A DNA stretch of 64,000 nt from an uncultured Spirochaetota bacterium (GTDB lineage: Bacteria; Spirochaetota; Brevinematia; Brevinematales; JAOACQ01), in assembly GCA_963768055.1 (NCBI GenBank), contig CAVYGN010000002.1:1728001-1792000 (forward strand), written 5' to 3'. Below the pieces are notes generated by a model. That model did not search any database. It saw only the letters and a list, made by a program, of their open reading frames with translations, and was not told the origin of the DNA. Position numbers and translations under genes: made by a program. This document shows positions 31,820 to 41,608 of this stretch, in pieces (the stretch's first letter is position 1; every line of letters starts with the position of its first letter).

Positions 31820-32458
31820 ATGAATATTAGTTTCTTGCTCAGTGGTCTAATTATAGGGCTTTCTATTGCTGCGCCTGTCGGTCCGATTGGAGTTTTATGC
31901 ATACGCCGTACACTGGCCAAAGGACGGATATATGGTCTTATATCAGGTTTAGGAGCTGCTTCAGCTGACGCATTCTATGGATCAATAGCCGGATTCGGAT
32001 TAACATTCATTTTAAATATTTTAGTTAGCTATCAAGTATGGTTGCGTCTTATAGGTGGTTTGTTTCTATGTGTTTTGGGCATAAAAACACTATTATCAAA
32101 ACCCGCAGAAAAAGAAGTGTCAACAAAAGGGAACAGTCTCATTGCCGCCTATAGCTCAATATTACTACTTACTCTTACAAATCCAACGACGATTTTTTCC
32201 TTTTTGGCAGTATTTACGGGTTTAGGTTTGATTGGCACAAGTGGAAATTATTTATCAGCAGGAATCTTAGTGCTTGGAGTATTTATTGGTTCAGCGTTAT
32301 GGTGGCTCATTCTAAGTAGCGGCATTAGTTTATTTCGAGAGAAATTTAATAATCGCGGATTGCTTTGGGTGAATAGAATTTCAGGTATAATAATTACATG
32401 CTTTGGTTTGTTTGCGTTTATTAGCGTTTTCGCTCCGCTGTTCGGCCGACTGTTGTAA
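31820..32458 (+). CDS. LysE-family translocator
   Basis: SIAAPVGPIGVLCIRRTL, LTLTNPTTI; six TM segments. Confidence 0.92.
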   Translation: MNISFLLSGLIIGLSIAAPVGPIGVLCIRRTLAKGRIYGLISGLGAASADAFYGSIAGFGLTFILNILVSYQVWLRLIGGLFLCVLGIKTLLSKPAEKEVSTKGNSLIAAYSSILLLTLTNPTTIFSFLAVFTGLGLIGTSGNYLSAGILVLGVFIGSALWWLILSSGISLFREKFNNRGLLWVNRISGIIITCFGLFAFISVFAPLFGRLL

Positions 32459-32502
32459 ATGATGCTTTATCAAAGCAGTAAGAAGGCTTTTGTGAGGTTT
32501 AT

Positions 32503-33174
32503 ATGCGTATCAAAAACAAAAGCATCGACCTGATCATATTCGATATGGATGGTTTAATGTTTGATACAGAAAAATTAGCATGTGTTTCCTGGAAGCAAGC
32601 ATTGACAAAATACGGATATAATTTCGATAATAAGGTTTTTTTGGAAACAGTGGGTTTAAATTCAAAAATGGCAAAAGAAGTATATATGAAATTTTATGGA
32701 AACAATTTTCAGTTTGATAAAATCTTTTTAGAAAGAAAGGATATTTTTGATAATATTGTCGAGAGCAAAGGAGTTCCTGTTAAAGAAGGATTATTAGAAC
32801 TGATAAAATATTTGGATTCTAAAAAAATAAAAAAAGCTGTTGCAACTTCAACGAGTAAGACCAGAACTGAAATTCTATTATCAAAAGCTAATATGAAAGA
32901 ATACTTTGATTCAATTATATGTGGTGATGAAATAAAAAATGGAAAGCCTGACCCTGAAATATTCCTGAAAGCAGCAGACAAATTAAATATCAATGTTTAT
33001 AATTGCATAGTTTTAGAAGATTCAGAAAATGGAATTAATGCGGCTTATAACGCCAATATGATTCCAATTATGGTTCCGGATATAAAGGAACCGAGCAATG
33101 AAATAAGAGATAAGGCTTATAGAATATTTAAAAGCTTAAGAGATGTAAAATATTATTTTGAAAACACAAATTAA
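32503..33174 (+). CDS. HAD-family phosphatase (beta-PGM-like)
   Basis: FDMDGLMFDTE, ATST, KPDPEIF, LEDSENG. Confidence 0.92.
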   Translation: MRIKNKSIDLIIFDMDGLMFDTEKLACVSWKQALTKYGYNFDNKVFLETVGLNSKMAKEVYMKFYGNNFQFDKIFLERKDIFDNIVESKGVPVKEGLLELIKYLDSKKIKKAVATSTSKTRTEILLSKANMKEYFDSIICGDEIKNGKPDPEIFLKAADKLNINVYNCIVLEDSENGINAAYNANMIPIMVPDIKEPSNEIRDKAYRIFKSLRDVKYYFENTN

Positions 33175-33228
33175 ACTATTTTAGTTGACTAAAAATAGAG
33201 TATAAAGCGGCGGAGAAAGGAATCAAGT

Positions 33229-33837
33229 ATGAAAGCAAATGTTATTTTAGCACATCCATATTCAAAAAGTTTCAATCATGCGATTTTTCAAACTGTTTGT
33301 TCAAAACTTGTAAATTTAAATTTATCAGTATTTAAACATGATTTGTATGAAGAACAATTTAATCCGATATTAACATCGGAGGAGCTTGGTTCTGATAAAT
33401 CGACTGATAATCTTGTAAATCAATACCTTCGGGAATTGCTGGATTCTGATATTCTGTTTTTTATTCATCCGAATTGGTGGGGGCAACCTCCTGCAATACT
33501 AAAAGGTTATATTGATAGGGTTATTCGTCCGCCGTATACATTTGATTTCCCTCCCGGTGATTCAGGAGGCGGTTTGCCAGCAGGTAAATTAAAAGGGAAA
33601 TACGGTGTTGTTTTAAATACATCAAATACAGACAAAATGAGAGAAGAAAATTATTTTTGCGATCCATTGGAAAATATATGGATAAAATGCATATTTGGAT
33701 TCTGCGGTATAGAGAAATATTACAGAAAAATGTTTGGTATTATTTCTGATAGTGATTATGAGAAAAGAAAAATATGGCTTTCCGAAATCGAAGAAATTGT
33801 TGAAAATGTTATAAATGATTTTAAGGATGTCGGTTAG
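33229..33837 (+). CDS. NAD(P)H:quinone oxidoreductase, flavodoxin_2 family
   Basis: LAHPYSKSFNHAI, HPNWWGQPPAILKGYIDRV. Confidence 0.9.
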   Translation: MKANVILAHPYSKSFNHAIFQTVCSKLVNLNLSVFKHDLYEEQFNPILTSEELGSDKSTDNLVNQYLRELLDSDILFFIHPNWWGQPPAILKGYIDRVIRPPYTFDFPPGDSGGGLPAGKLKGKYGVVLNTSNTDKMREENYFCDPLENIWIKCIFGFCGIEKYYRKMFGIISDSDYEKRKIWLSEIEEIVENVINDFKDVG

Positions 33838-33963
33838 AATTTGAGAATGTCGCCGTCCGGAATTTCCGGGACGGGAGCGGTTAAAACAACGCCAAAAAGT
33901 GGCTTTTACGGCAGTGACCAGACTCCTGTTTTTTACAAATGGGCGGTAAGGGTAGAATTAAAT

Positions 33964-34497
33964 ATGAAAGAATCCGGTATAATAATTTACACGATAGGGC
34001 ATTCCTCAAGGTCTTTAGACGAGTTTGTAGAGTTGCTGAAAATAAATAATATCTGTAGAGTTGTAGATATAAGGACAATTCCCGGTTCACGGCACAACCC
34101 TCAATTTAACAGGGAAGTATTTTCGAAAAGTATAAGAAACCGCCATTTTTATTATTCATATATGAAAGCTCTTGGCGGACTGAGAAGGCCTTTAAAAGAT
34201 TCCATTAATACCCAATGGAAAAATTCTTCTTTCCGCGGTTTTGCCGACTATATGCAGACTGCAGAGTTTGCTGAAGCTCTGGATCGGTTAATGAAAATTT
34301 CTTCGGGAAAAAGAACGGCAATTATGTGCGCGGAAGCTGTACCCTGGCGCTGCCATCGTTCGCTCATTGCCGATGCCCTGACAATACATCGTATTGAAGT
34401 GGAGCATATAATATCAAAAAAAAGCATAAAGAAGCATGTGATGACTCCGTTCGGGAAAATAGAACATGGCAGAATTTACTATCCCGAAGCCAGGTGA
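33964..34497 (+). CDS. DUF488 family protein
   Basis: YTIGHS, VDIRTIPGSRHNPQFN, LGGLR, MCAEAVPWRCHRSLIADAL; probable start ATG 33964. Confidence 0.9.
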   Translation: MKESGIIIYTIGHSSRSLDEFVELLKINNICRVVDIRTIPGSRHNPQFNREVFSKSIRNRHFYYSYMKALGGLRRPLKDSINTQWKNSSFRGFADYMQTAEFAEALDRLMKISSGKRTAIMCAEAVPWRCHRSLIADALTIHRIEVEHIISKKSIKKHVMTPFGKIEHGRIYYPEAR

Positions 34498-34511
34498 ATC
34501 CGGAGCGGGTA

Positions 34512-34634
34512 TTATCTCGGCGCTTCATCTTCAATTTCTATAGGCGCGACTGAAAAATAAACTGTCCCGCTGTCCTTGCCGATATTTCCGGTAAACAATT
34601 CCGGGATAAAGCTCACATATTCATCTTTCAGTAA
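34512..34634 (-). pseudogene. Displaced 3' end (40 codons plus stop) of the IS-interrupted gene at 36299-37531
   Basis: Removing the IS and one TTTAA gives an open frame ...GQTVTIK|LLKDEYVSFIPELFTGNIGKDSGTVYFSVAPIEIEDEAPR*. Confidence 0.85.
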
Positions 34635-34745
34635 TTTAACCCACATTTCCCAGATGAAATTTTGTTTTCTTAGAGAAAACATGGCATAATCATATATCAG
34701 GATAGGAATTAGATTACTAAAAAACCTTCATAACTGGAGGATTCA

Positions 34746-36083
34746 ATGGGTGAAAGCCAAAATCAGGCATTACGAGTCGATTTTGATAAGAGTCTAAGGC
34801 TTGAATTTCATGGTTCAACCATTACTTCTGATGCCGGACTACTTGCTTATCGTGAACTTGATGACGCATTGGGATTGACAGACATTGCGGCAAAGTGCCT
34901 GAAAGATATCAGATTTGGAAAGAACAAACAGCATAGTATTGCAGCACAATTGCGGCAATCCGTATTCAGCAGGCTTGCGGGATATGAAGACACAAATGAT
35001 GCGGAACGTCTTTCCGTTGATCCTGCCATGAGGCAGGTTGTCGGGGGAAGAGCTCTTATTCATACGGCTGCGTCAACGAGCCAGATGGGAAGGTTTGAAA
35101 CTGAAGTTCTAACTCTTCCGGATAACATCAAAGCCCTTATGAATCTTTCCGGGCAATGGATTGACAGGTTAAGGGATCAGGTTCCCATGAGAAATCTTGT
35201 TCTCGATATGGACAGCTCTGTGAGTGAAACATATGGAAGACAGGATGGGACTGCATATAATGGACACTTTGGATGTACTTGTTACCACCCCCTTTTTTGC
35301 TTCAACCAGTTTGGCGATGTCGAGTTTGCCCTTCTTCGGGAAGGTAATGTACACAGCGCTGATAACTGGAAAAAAGTATTAGATCCAATTGTTGCCCGTT
35401 ACCGTAATAGAAAATTTCCTCATTACTTCAGAGGGGATGCCGGCTTTGCCAAACCCGAGATTTACGAGTACCTGGAATCAGAACATTTCAAGTATGCCAT
35501 TCGCTTACCAGCCAATGATATTTTATACAGTGAAATCGGACATCTCCTTACAAGGCCGGTAGGACGGCCGTCATATACACCTGTTGTCTGGTACCATGAA
35601 TTCCTGTATAAAGCGGCATCCTGGGCTCGTGATCGCAGGATAATAGCAAAGGTGGAATGGCACCAGGGAGAACTCTTTCCCAGGGTCGGTTTTATCGTTA
35701 CAAATCTAAGGGCTAAAAAGAAGAAAGTAGTCCATTTTTACAATATGAGGGGAACAGCGGAACAATGCATTAAAGAGGGTAAGAATGCTGTAAAGTGGAC
35801 AAGGCTCTCCTGTCATGATTTTATCGATAATCATGTCCGGCTCCAGTTATTTGTCCTTGCCTACAATCTTGGAAACTTCTTCCGGCATTCAGCTTTACCC
35901 AGAGTAATGAAACACTGGACCATGACGACACTCAGGGAAAAGCTAATAAAAATCGGTGCAAAGGTTGTCAGCCATGCTCGCTATGTGGTTTTCCAGATGG
36001 CGGAAGTCGCCGTCCCGAAAGGGCTGTTTGCCGTTATCCTTGATAGATTACATAGATTAAGGCTACTGTTTGGCGTTGGTTAA
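34746..36083 (+). CDS. IS1380-family DDE transposase
   Basis: [47 protein letters not shown]; uninterrupted 445 aa. Confidence 0.95.
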   Translation: MGESQNQALRVDFDKSLRLEFHGSTITSDAGLLAYRELDDALGLTDIAAKCLKDIRFGKNKQHSIAAQLRQSVFSRLAGYEDTNDAERLSVDPAMRQVVGGRALIHTAASTSQMGRFETEVLTLPDNIKALMNLSGQWIDRLRDQVPMRNLVLDMDSSVSETYGRQDGTAYNGHFGCTCYHPLFCFNQFGDVEFALLREGNVHSADNWKKVLDPIVARYRNRKFPHYFRGDAGFAKPEIYEYLESEHFKYAIRLPANDILYSEIGHLLTRPVGRPSYTPVVWYHEFLYKAASWARDRRIIAKVEWHQGELFPRVGFIVTNLRAKKKKVVHFYNMRGTAEQCIKEGKNAVKWTRLSCHDFIDNHVRLQLFVLAYNLGNFFRHSALPRVMKHWTMTTLREKLIKIGAKVVSHARYVVFQMAEVAVPKGLFAVILDRLHRLRLLFGVG

Positions 36084-36218
36084 TACTATTTATTTGATAT
36101 CGGATTTTTCAAGGGGTTACTGTCGCCTTTTTGTTTAAAGGTTAGCAGAACATCGCCTGAAATCTGATTTTATGTTATTATCGAATGAATTTTATATAAA
36201 GAAACCTGGATTTTAATG

Positions 36219-36247
36219 TTGACAAAGTTATTTTACGGAATCATAAT
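36219..36247 (+). promoter_or_regulatory. Outward-facing promoter inside the IS right end
   Basis: TTGACA (36219), 17 bp spacer, CATAAT (36242), just inside IRR. Confidence 0.55.
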
Positions 36248-36298
36248 AAATCAATCCATTAAATGGGAGAGTTTGGGGTGTCATTTGGGAAATATCGG

Positions 36299-37531
36299 TT
36301 TAATGGTAACAGTCTGCCCCTTCGTCTTTTCTTCGGCCTTTTTTCCTGATTTTTCGGCTTCGCTGCTGCCGATACGGTAATCGTATTTCTGAGGAAAGCG
36401 ATCCACTAATACTGCAGGCCTGTTTGTATAGATGCAGGTCCTTGTTACATACCCGGAATAATCGAAAACATAATAGGCTCCCCTGTTAAATTCAAATTTA
36501 TATGTGCCGGATTTTTTTGCCGTATAAATTATTCCGGCCCCGGAAGTGGCGACATCCACTGCTATTTCTTCAGGTGATTGTCTATTATCGACGGACTTAT
36601 CCGCCCCGTTTTTAAAAACGACTACCTTTGTAGTCCCTTCTTTTATAACAATATTTGTGGTTTCGCTGTTTTTCAAAGCAATCCTGTTCTCTTTCCCTGC
36701 TTCCACATCGGGTATTATCAATTCACCGGAACCGTCGGTTTTCCCGATTATTTTCCCGTTAAGGTAAACATCGGCGCCGCTTTCCATGGCCTCTATTATC
36801 AATACTCCGGAAGGGTTGAAATTCAGCTCGTTCGTTACCCCGCTCTTCATCTCTAGTATCTTTCTTAAAACTTCATCTTCGGATTTTTCCTGTTTCAAAC
36901 TGATATCGATCGACTGTCCCGATATGAATTTGTCAAAGTATCCGTCCCTATTGTCGACAGTTTTCACGAAAGAGCCGTTAATAAATAACCTGTACTTTGT
37001 ACCAATCGGCTTGATATTTAGCCTGAAATATCCGAGCGATATGGTCTTCCCGATCAGCAAGCCCGATACGTCAAGTATCATTTTGTCGATTGTAGTAAAT
37101 ATTTCAAGCCCGGAGTCTCCTTTGTACACTCTTGTGAATAGCAACTGGCCGTTAATTACATTGTAAACATATACGTTGATCGTTATTTTACCGCTTTGAT
37201 CGTTAACAAGGTAATCGCCGGTGATCACCTGTTCCGAAGAAAACTGCTGGGCTATATTTATAGCCTTTCCGATGTTCAATTCCTTCATTTCCCAGAACCC
37301 GCCGCCTCTGGCCGATTCCTCTATGTCTTTGTAAGGAGTTACCTTTTTTGATATTTTCGAAAGAAAGGTGGAAAGGGATTTGACCATCATTATGTTGATA
37401 TTGCTCTGGTTCGGCTTACCCCTGTTAATGAATCCCGCCACTGTCACGGATTTCATCTGGAAGTCTTCCGGCCTTATTAATCCCTGGGAAGCGAATAAGA
37501 TCAACAGGATTACAAATACCTTTTTTGGCAT
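36299..37531 (-). pseudogene. Exported TolB_N/CsgG-like plus PEGA-domain protein, truncated by IS1380
   Basis: Signal peptide; SVTVAGFIN...EQVITGDY; PEGA-like GADVYLNGKIIGKT. The ORF-track ending PIFPK* is read from IS sequence. Confidence 0.75.
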
Positions 37532-37982
37532 GCTTTTTACCCTCCGATATCAGGGAATATTTTATGTAACTGTCAGGTGTTTGTCAAATCAAATTAGCGG
37601 GGAAACGTTCCAATAATTCCCGGCGGAATAACTTTATATCAAACAGAACATCCGGACAAACTCATCGATGATATTCAATGGTACCGGCCGGAATTAGTTA
37701 TAGGGTGGAATACTTGAACTATCTGTCTTTTTTCTTCAAAAGAGGATCGTTTTCCGCAATGAATTTTCTGATGTTGTCGGCATGTGCAATCTCAATGTTT
37801 ATTATTTTGATAAGCCGAGTCAGTCATTGCCGCAGAATCAGTGAAATTTTGAAAAATGCACCGATTAGGGGGTAAAATAATAAGACGGGCCGGCCTGATG
37901 TTGAAAAATCAAGGATCCTGGGTCAAAGACTGCTTTTGTCCCGCTTGTATGTTAAAATATTATAATTTTAGGAGAGCCAAAC

Positions 37983-38807
37983 ATGCCTCAATCGACAGGC
38001 CTCGTTCTTTCAGGCGGCGGTTTAAAGGGAGCGTACCAGGCCGGAGCCTGGAAAGCGTTATGCGAGCATCGGATCGATAAACAAATATCGGTCATATCGG
38101 GATGTTCGATAGGGGTTTTAAACGCTTTGCTGTTCCTTTCCGTACCGCCCGAGAAAATTATCGATGTCTGGCTTGGCTTGAAAAAGGATGACGTCTTACA
38201 GGATAATAAACATCTTGAAAATTTTAAAAAACTCGGCAAACCTGGTATCGATCTCATGAATATACTTGCAGTTCTTGGTATCCAGGCAGTGAATCTGTTT
38301 TTATTCGGGGCGTTCAGCAGGGCAAAGCATTTGGAAATTCTTGAAGAAATCGTCAACTGGGACATTCTTAAAAATAAAAGGGTGAAGGTTTTTGCTTCCT
38401 GCTCCAGAATAATAAGCCCAATAAAACTTGAACCGGAATATTTTGAGCTTAATTTAAGTGATAAAGAAAATACGATAAAAACGGTTATGGCGTCATCGGC
38501 GATACCGGTGGTTTTCCCCGTCCAGTTATTCAACGGCTCTTTTTATTATGACGGGGGTTTGACGGATAATGTCCCCGTCAGTCCTCTGGATAATGAGGCA
38601 TGCAGCGACATTATTGTTATCCATCTTTCGGGACGGAATAAAATTAAAACGGGGGATAATATCAAAAACCCTGTCGCTCATATTTTTCCTTCCAGGCCGC
38701 TGGGACAGGCTCTGGAATTTAATAAAAATAATATAAAAAGCAATATTGAGCTGGGATACCGGGATATGAAAATGAGATTGACAAATGGAAAATATTTGTT
38801 AGAATGA
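37983..38807 (+). CDS. Patatin-like phospholipase
   Basis: GGGLKGAYQAG, GCSIG nucleophile, ASSAIP, DGG. Confidence 0.92.
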   Translation: MPQSTGLVLSGGGLKGAYQAGAWKALCEHRIDKQISVISGCSIGVLNALLFLSVPPEKIIDVWLGLKKDDVLQDNKHLENFKKLGKPGIDLMNILAVLGIQAVNLFLFGAFSRAKHLEILEEIVNWDILKNKRVKVFASCSRIISPIKLEPEYFELNLSDKENTIKTVMASSAIPVVFPVQLFNGSFYYDGGLTDNVPVSPLDNEACSDIIVIHLSGRNKIKTGDNIKNPVAHIFPSRPLGQALEFNKNNIKSNIELGYRDMKMRLTNGKYLLE

Positions 38808-38823
38808 TAAAAGGGGGATTAAT

Positions 38824-39930
38824 ATGCCGGATGAAGTTTTAAAAGGCAGGGAAATAATCACAAGTGAAAATGTGCAGGAAAAGTTTGAAGAAAAAATTAA
38901 TGAAGAAAAAAGAAATTCAAAAAAAGCCAACGTTTTAGTTTGCGGCTATACGGGATCGGGAAAAACAAGCCTATTGCAAATTATTTTTGGAAAAGAAACA
39001 GTCCCTGATTCCGCGATCGGACATGGTTCATCAACAACTGCAGATTATATACCGTATGAAAATGCAAAAGTAAAAATATGGGATTCCGAAGGATTCAGTT
39101 TCGGTAATGCAGAAGAAAAGTTTTTGGAAAAAACCAGATCCTTTATCAGGAATTTGCAGGATGATATTGATATAGATAATCATGTTCATATAGTCTGGTA
39201 TACAATTCAAGGCTGCATGGCAAGAGTTACAGAATATGATTTGGATCTGATAAGGAAAATTTTCAAAAATGTAATAGTTATTATTACAAAAAAAGATATA
39301 ACAAAAGAAAAACAGATGGATGATATTTTAAATAATCCCCGGACCGGGCTGATTACACATGACATACAAATGGATCGAATTCTTGCTGTTGATGAAACCG
39401 ACAGGGAATCAATTAAAAAACTTATCGATTTAACATATAATTTACTGCCGGCGGCATATCGAGACGCATTTATTGCGGCGCAAATGATCGATTTAGAAAA
39501 AAAAAATAACCTGGCCCGGGTTATTATTCATTCTTCCTCGGGAGCCGCTGCCCTTGCCGGAGGAATAAACCCCCTTCCAATTTCTGATGCCGCATTGATA
39601 ACGCCGATTCAACTTGGATTAGTGGCTTCCTTAAGCGCCTTATACGGATTTTCGAATCAATTGACCAGAAAAATGTTCCTGCCCTTGCTTGCACAAGGAA
39701 TAGGGATGTTTACTGCAACCAGCCTTGTTAAGTTATTCCCTGTAATTGGAGAAATTATTCAAGCATCCGTTGCAGGGGCATTGACCGAGGCGATCGGGTT
39801 CGTAGTAAACGATCATTTGATTAAATGTTTTAATGCAAGGGCTAACGAAGAGCCTCTGCCGGATTTCCTGTTTAATTACAATGAAATTATGAGCATTTTT
39901 GAAGAATTCTTAAAAGCGGCTAAAAAATAA
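38824..39930 (+). CDS. GTPase fused to DUF697/YcjF-like hydrophobic C-terminus
   Basis: G1 GYTGSGKTS, G3 DSEG, G4 TKKD; C-terminal PLPISDAALITPIQLGLV...LFPVIG. Confidence 0.8.
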   Translation: MPDEVLKGREIITSENVQEKFEEKINEEKRNSKKANVLVCGYTGSGKTSLLQIIFGKETVPDSAIGHGSSTTADYIPYENAKVKIWDSEGFSFGNAEEKFLEKTRSFIRNLQDDIDIDNHVHIVWYTIQGCMARVTEYDLDLIRKIFKNVIVIITKKDITKEKQMDDILNNPRTGLITHDIQMDRILAVDETDRESIKKLIDLTYNLLPAAYRDAFIAAQMIDLEKKNNLARVIIHSSSGAAALAGGINPLPISDAALITPIQLGLVASLSALYGFSNQLTRKMFLPLLAQGIGMFTATSLVKLFPVIGEIIQASVAGALTEAIGFVVNDHLIKCFNARANEEPLPDFLFNYNEIMSIFEEFLKAAKK

Positions 39931-39937
39931 ACACTGA

Positions 39938-41608
39938 TCATATCAGCATATCCTTTAACCCTGAAAGCCGCACGGTCCTGTTGCATAAAGCCTTGAAGAA
40001 TGCCGTTTCGTCGCCCCATACCTCCGCTTCCTGTTTTGCTCGCGTAAGGGCGGTATATACCAGTTCTCTTGTAAGGATCCTTTCCCGGTCTTCATGGTCT
40101 TCCGGCAGGGGAGGAAGAATGAGGACTACCCTGTCGAATTCCGCCCCCTGCGATTTATGGATAGTCAGGGCGTAGGCGCTTTCCGAATCGGGCAGGACCT
40201 GGGGCGTAAATGAACGCGGCACTGCTTCTCCGCCCGAATCCGGCGGGAAAAATACCCCGAAGGAGCCGCCGAGTTTCCTCACGACGCCGAGATCGCCGTT
40301 GAAAAGCCCTAGCTCCCTTGAATTCTCCGTTACCAGGAGCGGCCTGTTCTCATACTGGCCCTGTTCGATTTCCCCGATCTTTCCCAGGCCTTTCAATGCG
40401 TCCCTTACAAGGGAGTTAAGGCCCTCCGTCCCGAACGGCGTCCGCCTGTAAGGCGTCAGGATTATAAACTTTTCGAGGGCTTCAAGGGCAGATATCTCGT
40501 CACCCGAAGCGCAGAGGGGGTAGAAACCGGCGCATCTCTTTTGAATTCCTTCGGCAAGGTCTTTCCTGTCTGCCAGGCGGCTGAAGGATAGACCGTAATT
40601 CCCGCTTTTCAATATATCGAGGGCCTCCTGCCCGCTGCCGTTGTTTACAGCGCGGGCTAAATCGGCAAGGCCCGGATTTTCCTTAACCCTGAAATTTTCG
40701 GTGAGGACGGCGATATTGGACCTTTTTAAAGCCTCGCTGTCGCATATATCGGCAAAGGCCTTCCCTTCTTCAACCGAGGCCAGCTGGTCCTTGTCCCCGA
40801 TGAGTATTATTCTGCACCTTTCCGGAAGGGCCGCGAGCAGCCTGTACATAAGCGGTAAACTGCACATCGATGCTTCGTCAAGCACAAGGACATCGCAGTC
40901 AAGGGGTTCTTCAGGGCCGTAGCGGAACATTACGGGGCCCGGCCGCCATTTAAGAAGACGGTGGACGGTTTCAACGGTATCCGGAATAAATTCGAATACT
41001 TTTTTATAAATCTCAGGTATTTTAAGGGATTGCGAGGCTTTTAATAGGGAAATGCCAAGCCTGGCCGCAGCTTTGCCTGTCGGCGCCGCCATTTTAATCT
41101 TCAGGGGATTTTCAGCAAGTAATTGGAGAAGAACAAGGACCTTGAAGACTGTTGTTGTCTTTCCGGTCCCGGGCCCCCCGGTAACAACCGCGAAGTTCGT
41201 ACCGCAGCATAACTCCGCGGCTCTTCTTTGGCCGTCATTTCCCTGGTTCTCCCGGCTGAATAGTATATCCAAATATTCATCCAATTTTTTCCTGTCGGGA
41301 TTAACATTTACAAGCCTTGATCTAACCGCATCTGCCACTCCCTTCTGCATGACCCAGTGCCTGTTCAGATAAAGAAGCCCCTGCGCGTCGATAACAAAGG
41401 GCCTGTGATCGCCCGGCCTGCCGCATACCCTGGAAGCAAGCAATTTCTCCGGTTCCGGCGCTCTGACGCATATATGGCTTTCCTCCAGAGAGCTGCATAG
41501 TTCACTGCAGGCCCTGGCGATAATATCCTTATTATCCGGGTCGAATCCGGAGAGAAACGAGGCGAGCCTGTCTGCAGCGACGTTTGCTTGGATCTTATCC
41601 GGGCTCAT
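39938..41608 (-). CDS. recD: Exodeoxyribonuclease V alpha subunit
   Basis: GGPGTGKTT, APTGKAAARL, TVHRLL, DEASM, GDKDQLASV, TIHKSQGAEF, YTALTRAK. Confidence 0.95.
   Translation of the reverse strand: MSPDKIQANVAADRLASFLSGFDPDNKDIIARACSELCSSLEESHICVRAPEPEKLLASRVCGRPGDHRPFVIDAQGLLYLNRHWVMQKGVADAVRSRLVNVNPDRKKLDEYLDILFSRENQGNDGQRRAAELCCGTNFAVVTGGPGTGKTTTVFKVLVLLQLLAENPLKIKMAAPTGKAAARLGISLLKASQSLKIPEIYKKVFEFIPDTVETVHRLLKWRPGPVMFRYGPEEPLDCDVLVLDEASMCSLPLMYRLLAALPERCRIILIGDKDQLASVEEGKAFADICDSEALKRSNIAVLTENFRVKENPGLADLARAVNNGSGQEALDILKSGNYGLSFSRLADRKDLAEGIQKRCAGFYPLCASGDEISALEALEKFIILTPYRRTPFGTEGLNSLVRDALKGLGKIGEIEQGQYENRPLLVTENSRELGLFNGDLGVVRKLGGSFGVFFPPDSGGEAVPRSFTPQVLPDSESAYALTIHKSQGAEFDRVVLILPPLPEDHEDRERILTRELVYTALTRAKQEAEVWGDETAFFKALCNRTVRLSGLKDMLI

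Larger units (their letters stand above)
34640..36298 (+). mobile_element. IS1380-family insertion sequence, 1659 bp
   Basis: IRL CCCACATTTCCCAGATGA (34640-34657) matches the reverse complement of IRR TCATTTGGGAAATATCGG (36281-36298) at 15/18; direct repeats TTTAA at 34635-34639 and 36299-36303. Confidence 0.95.
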
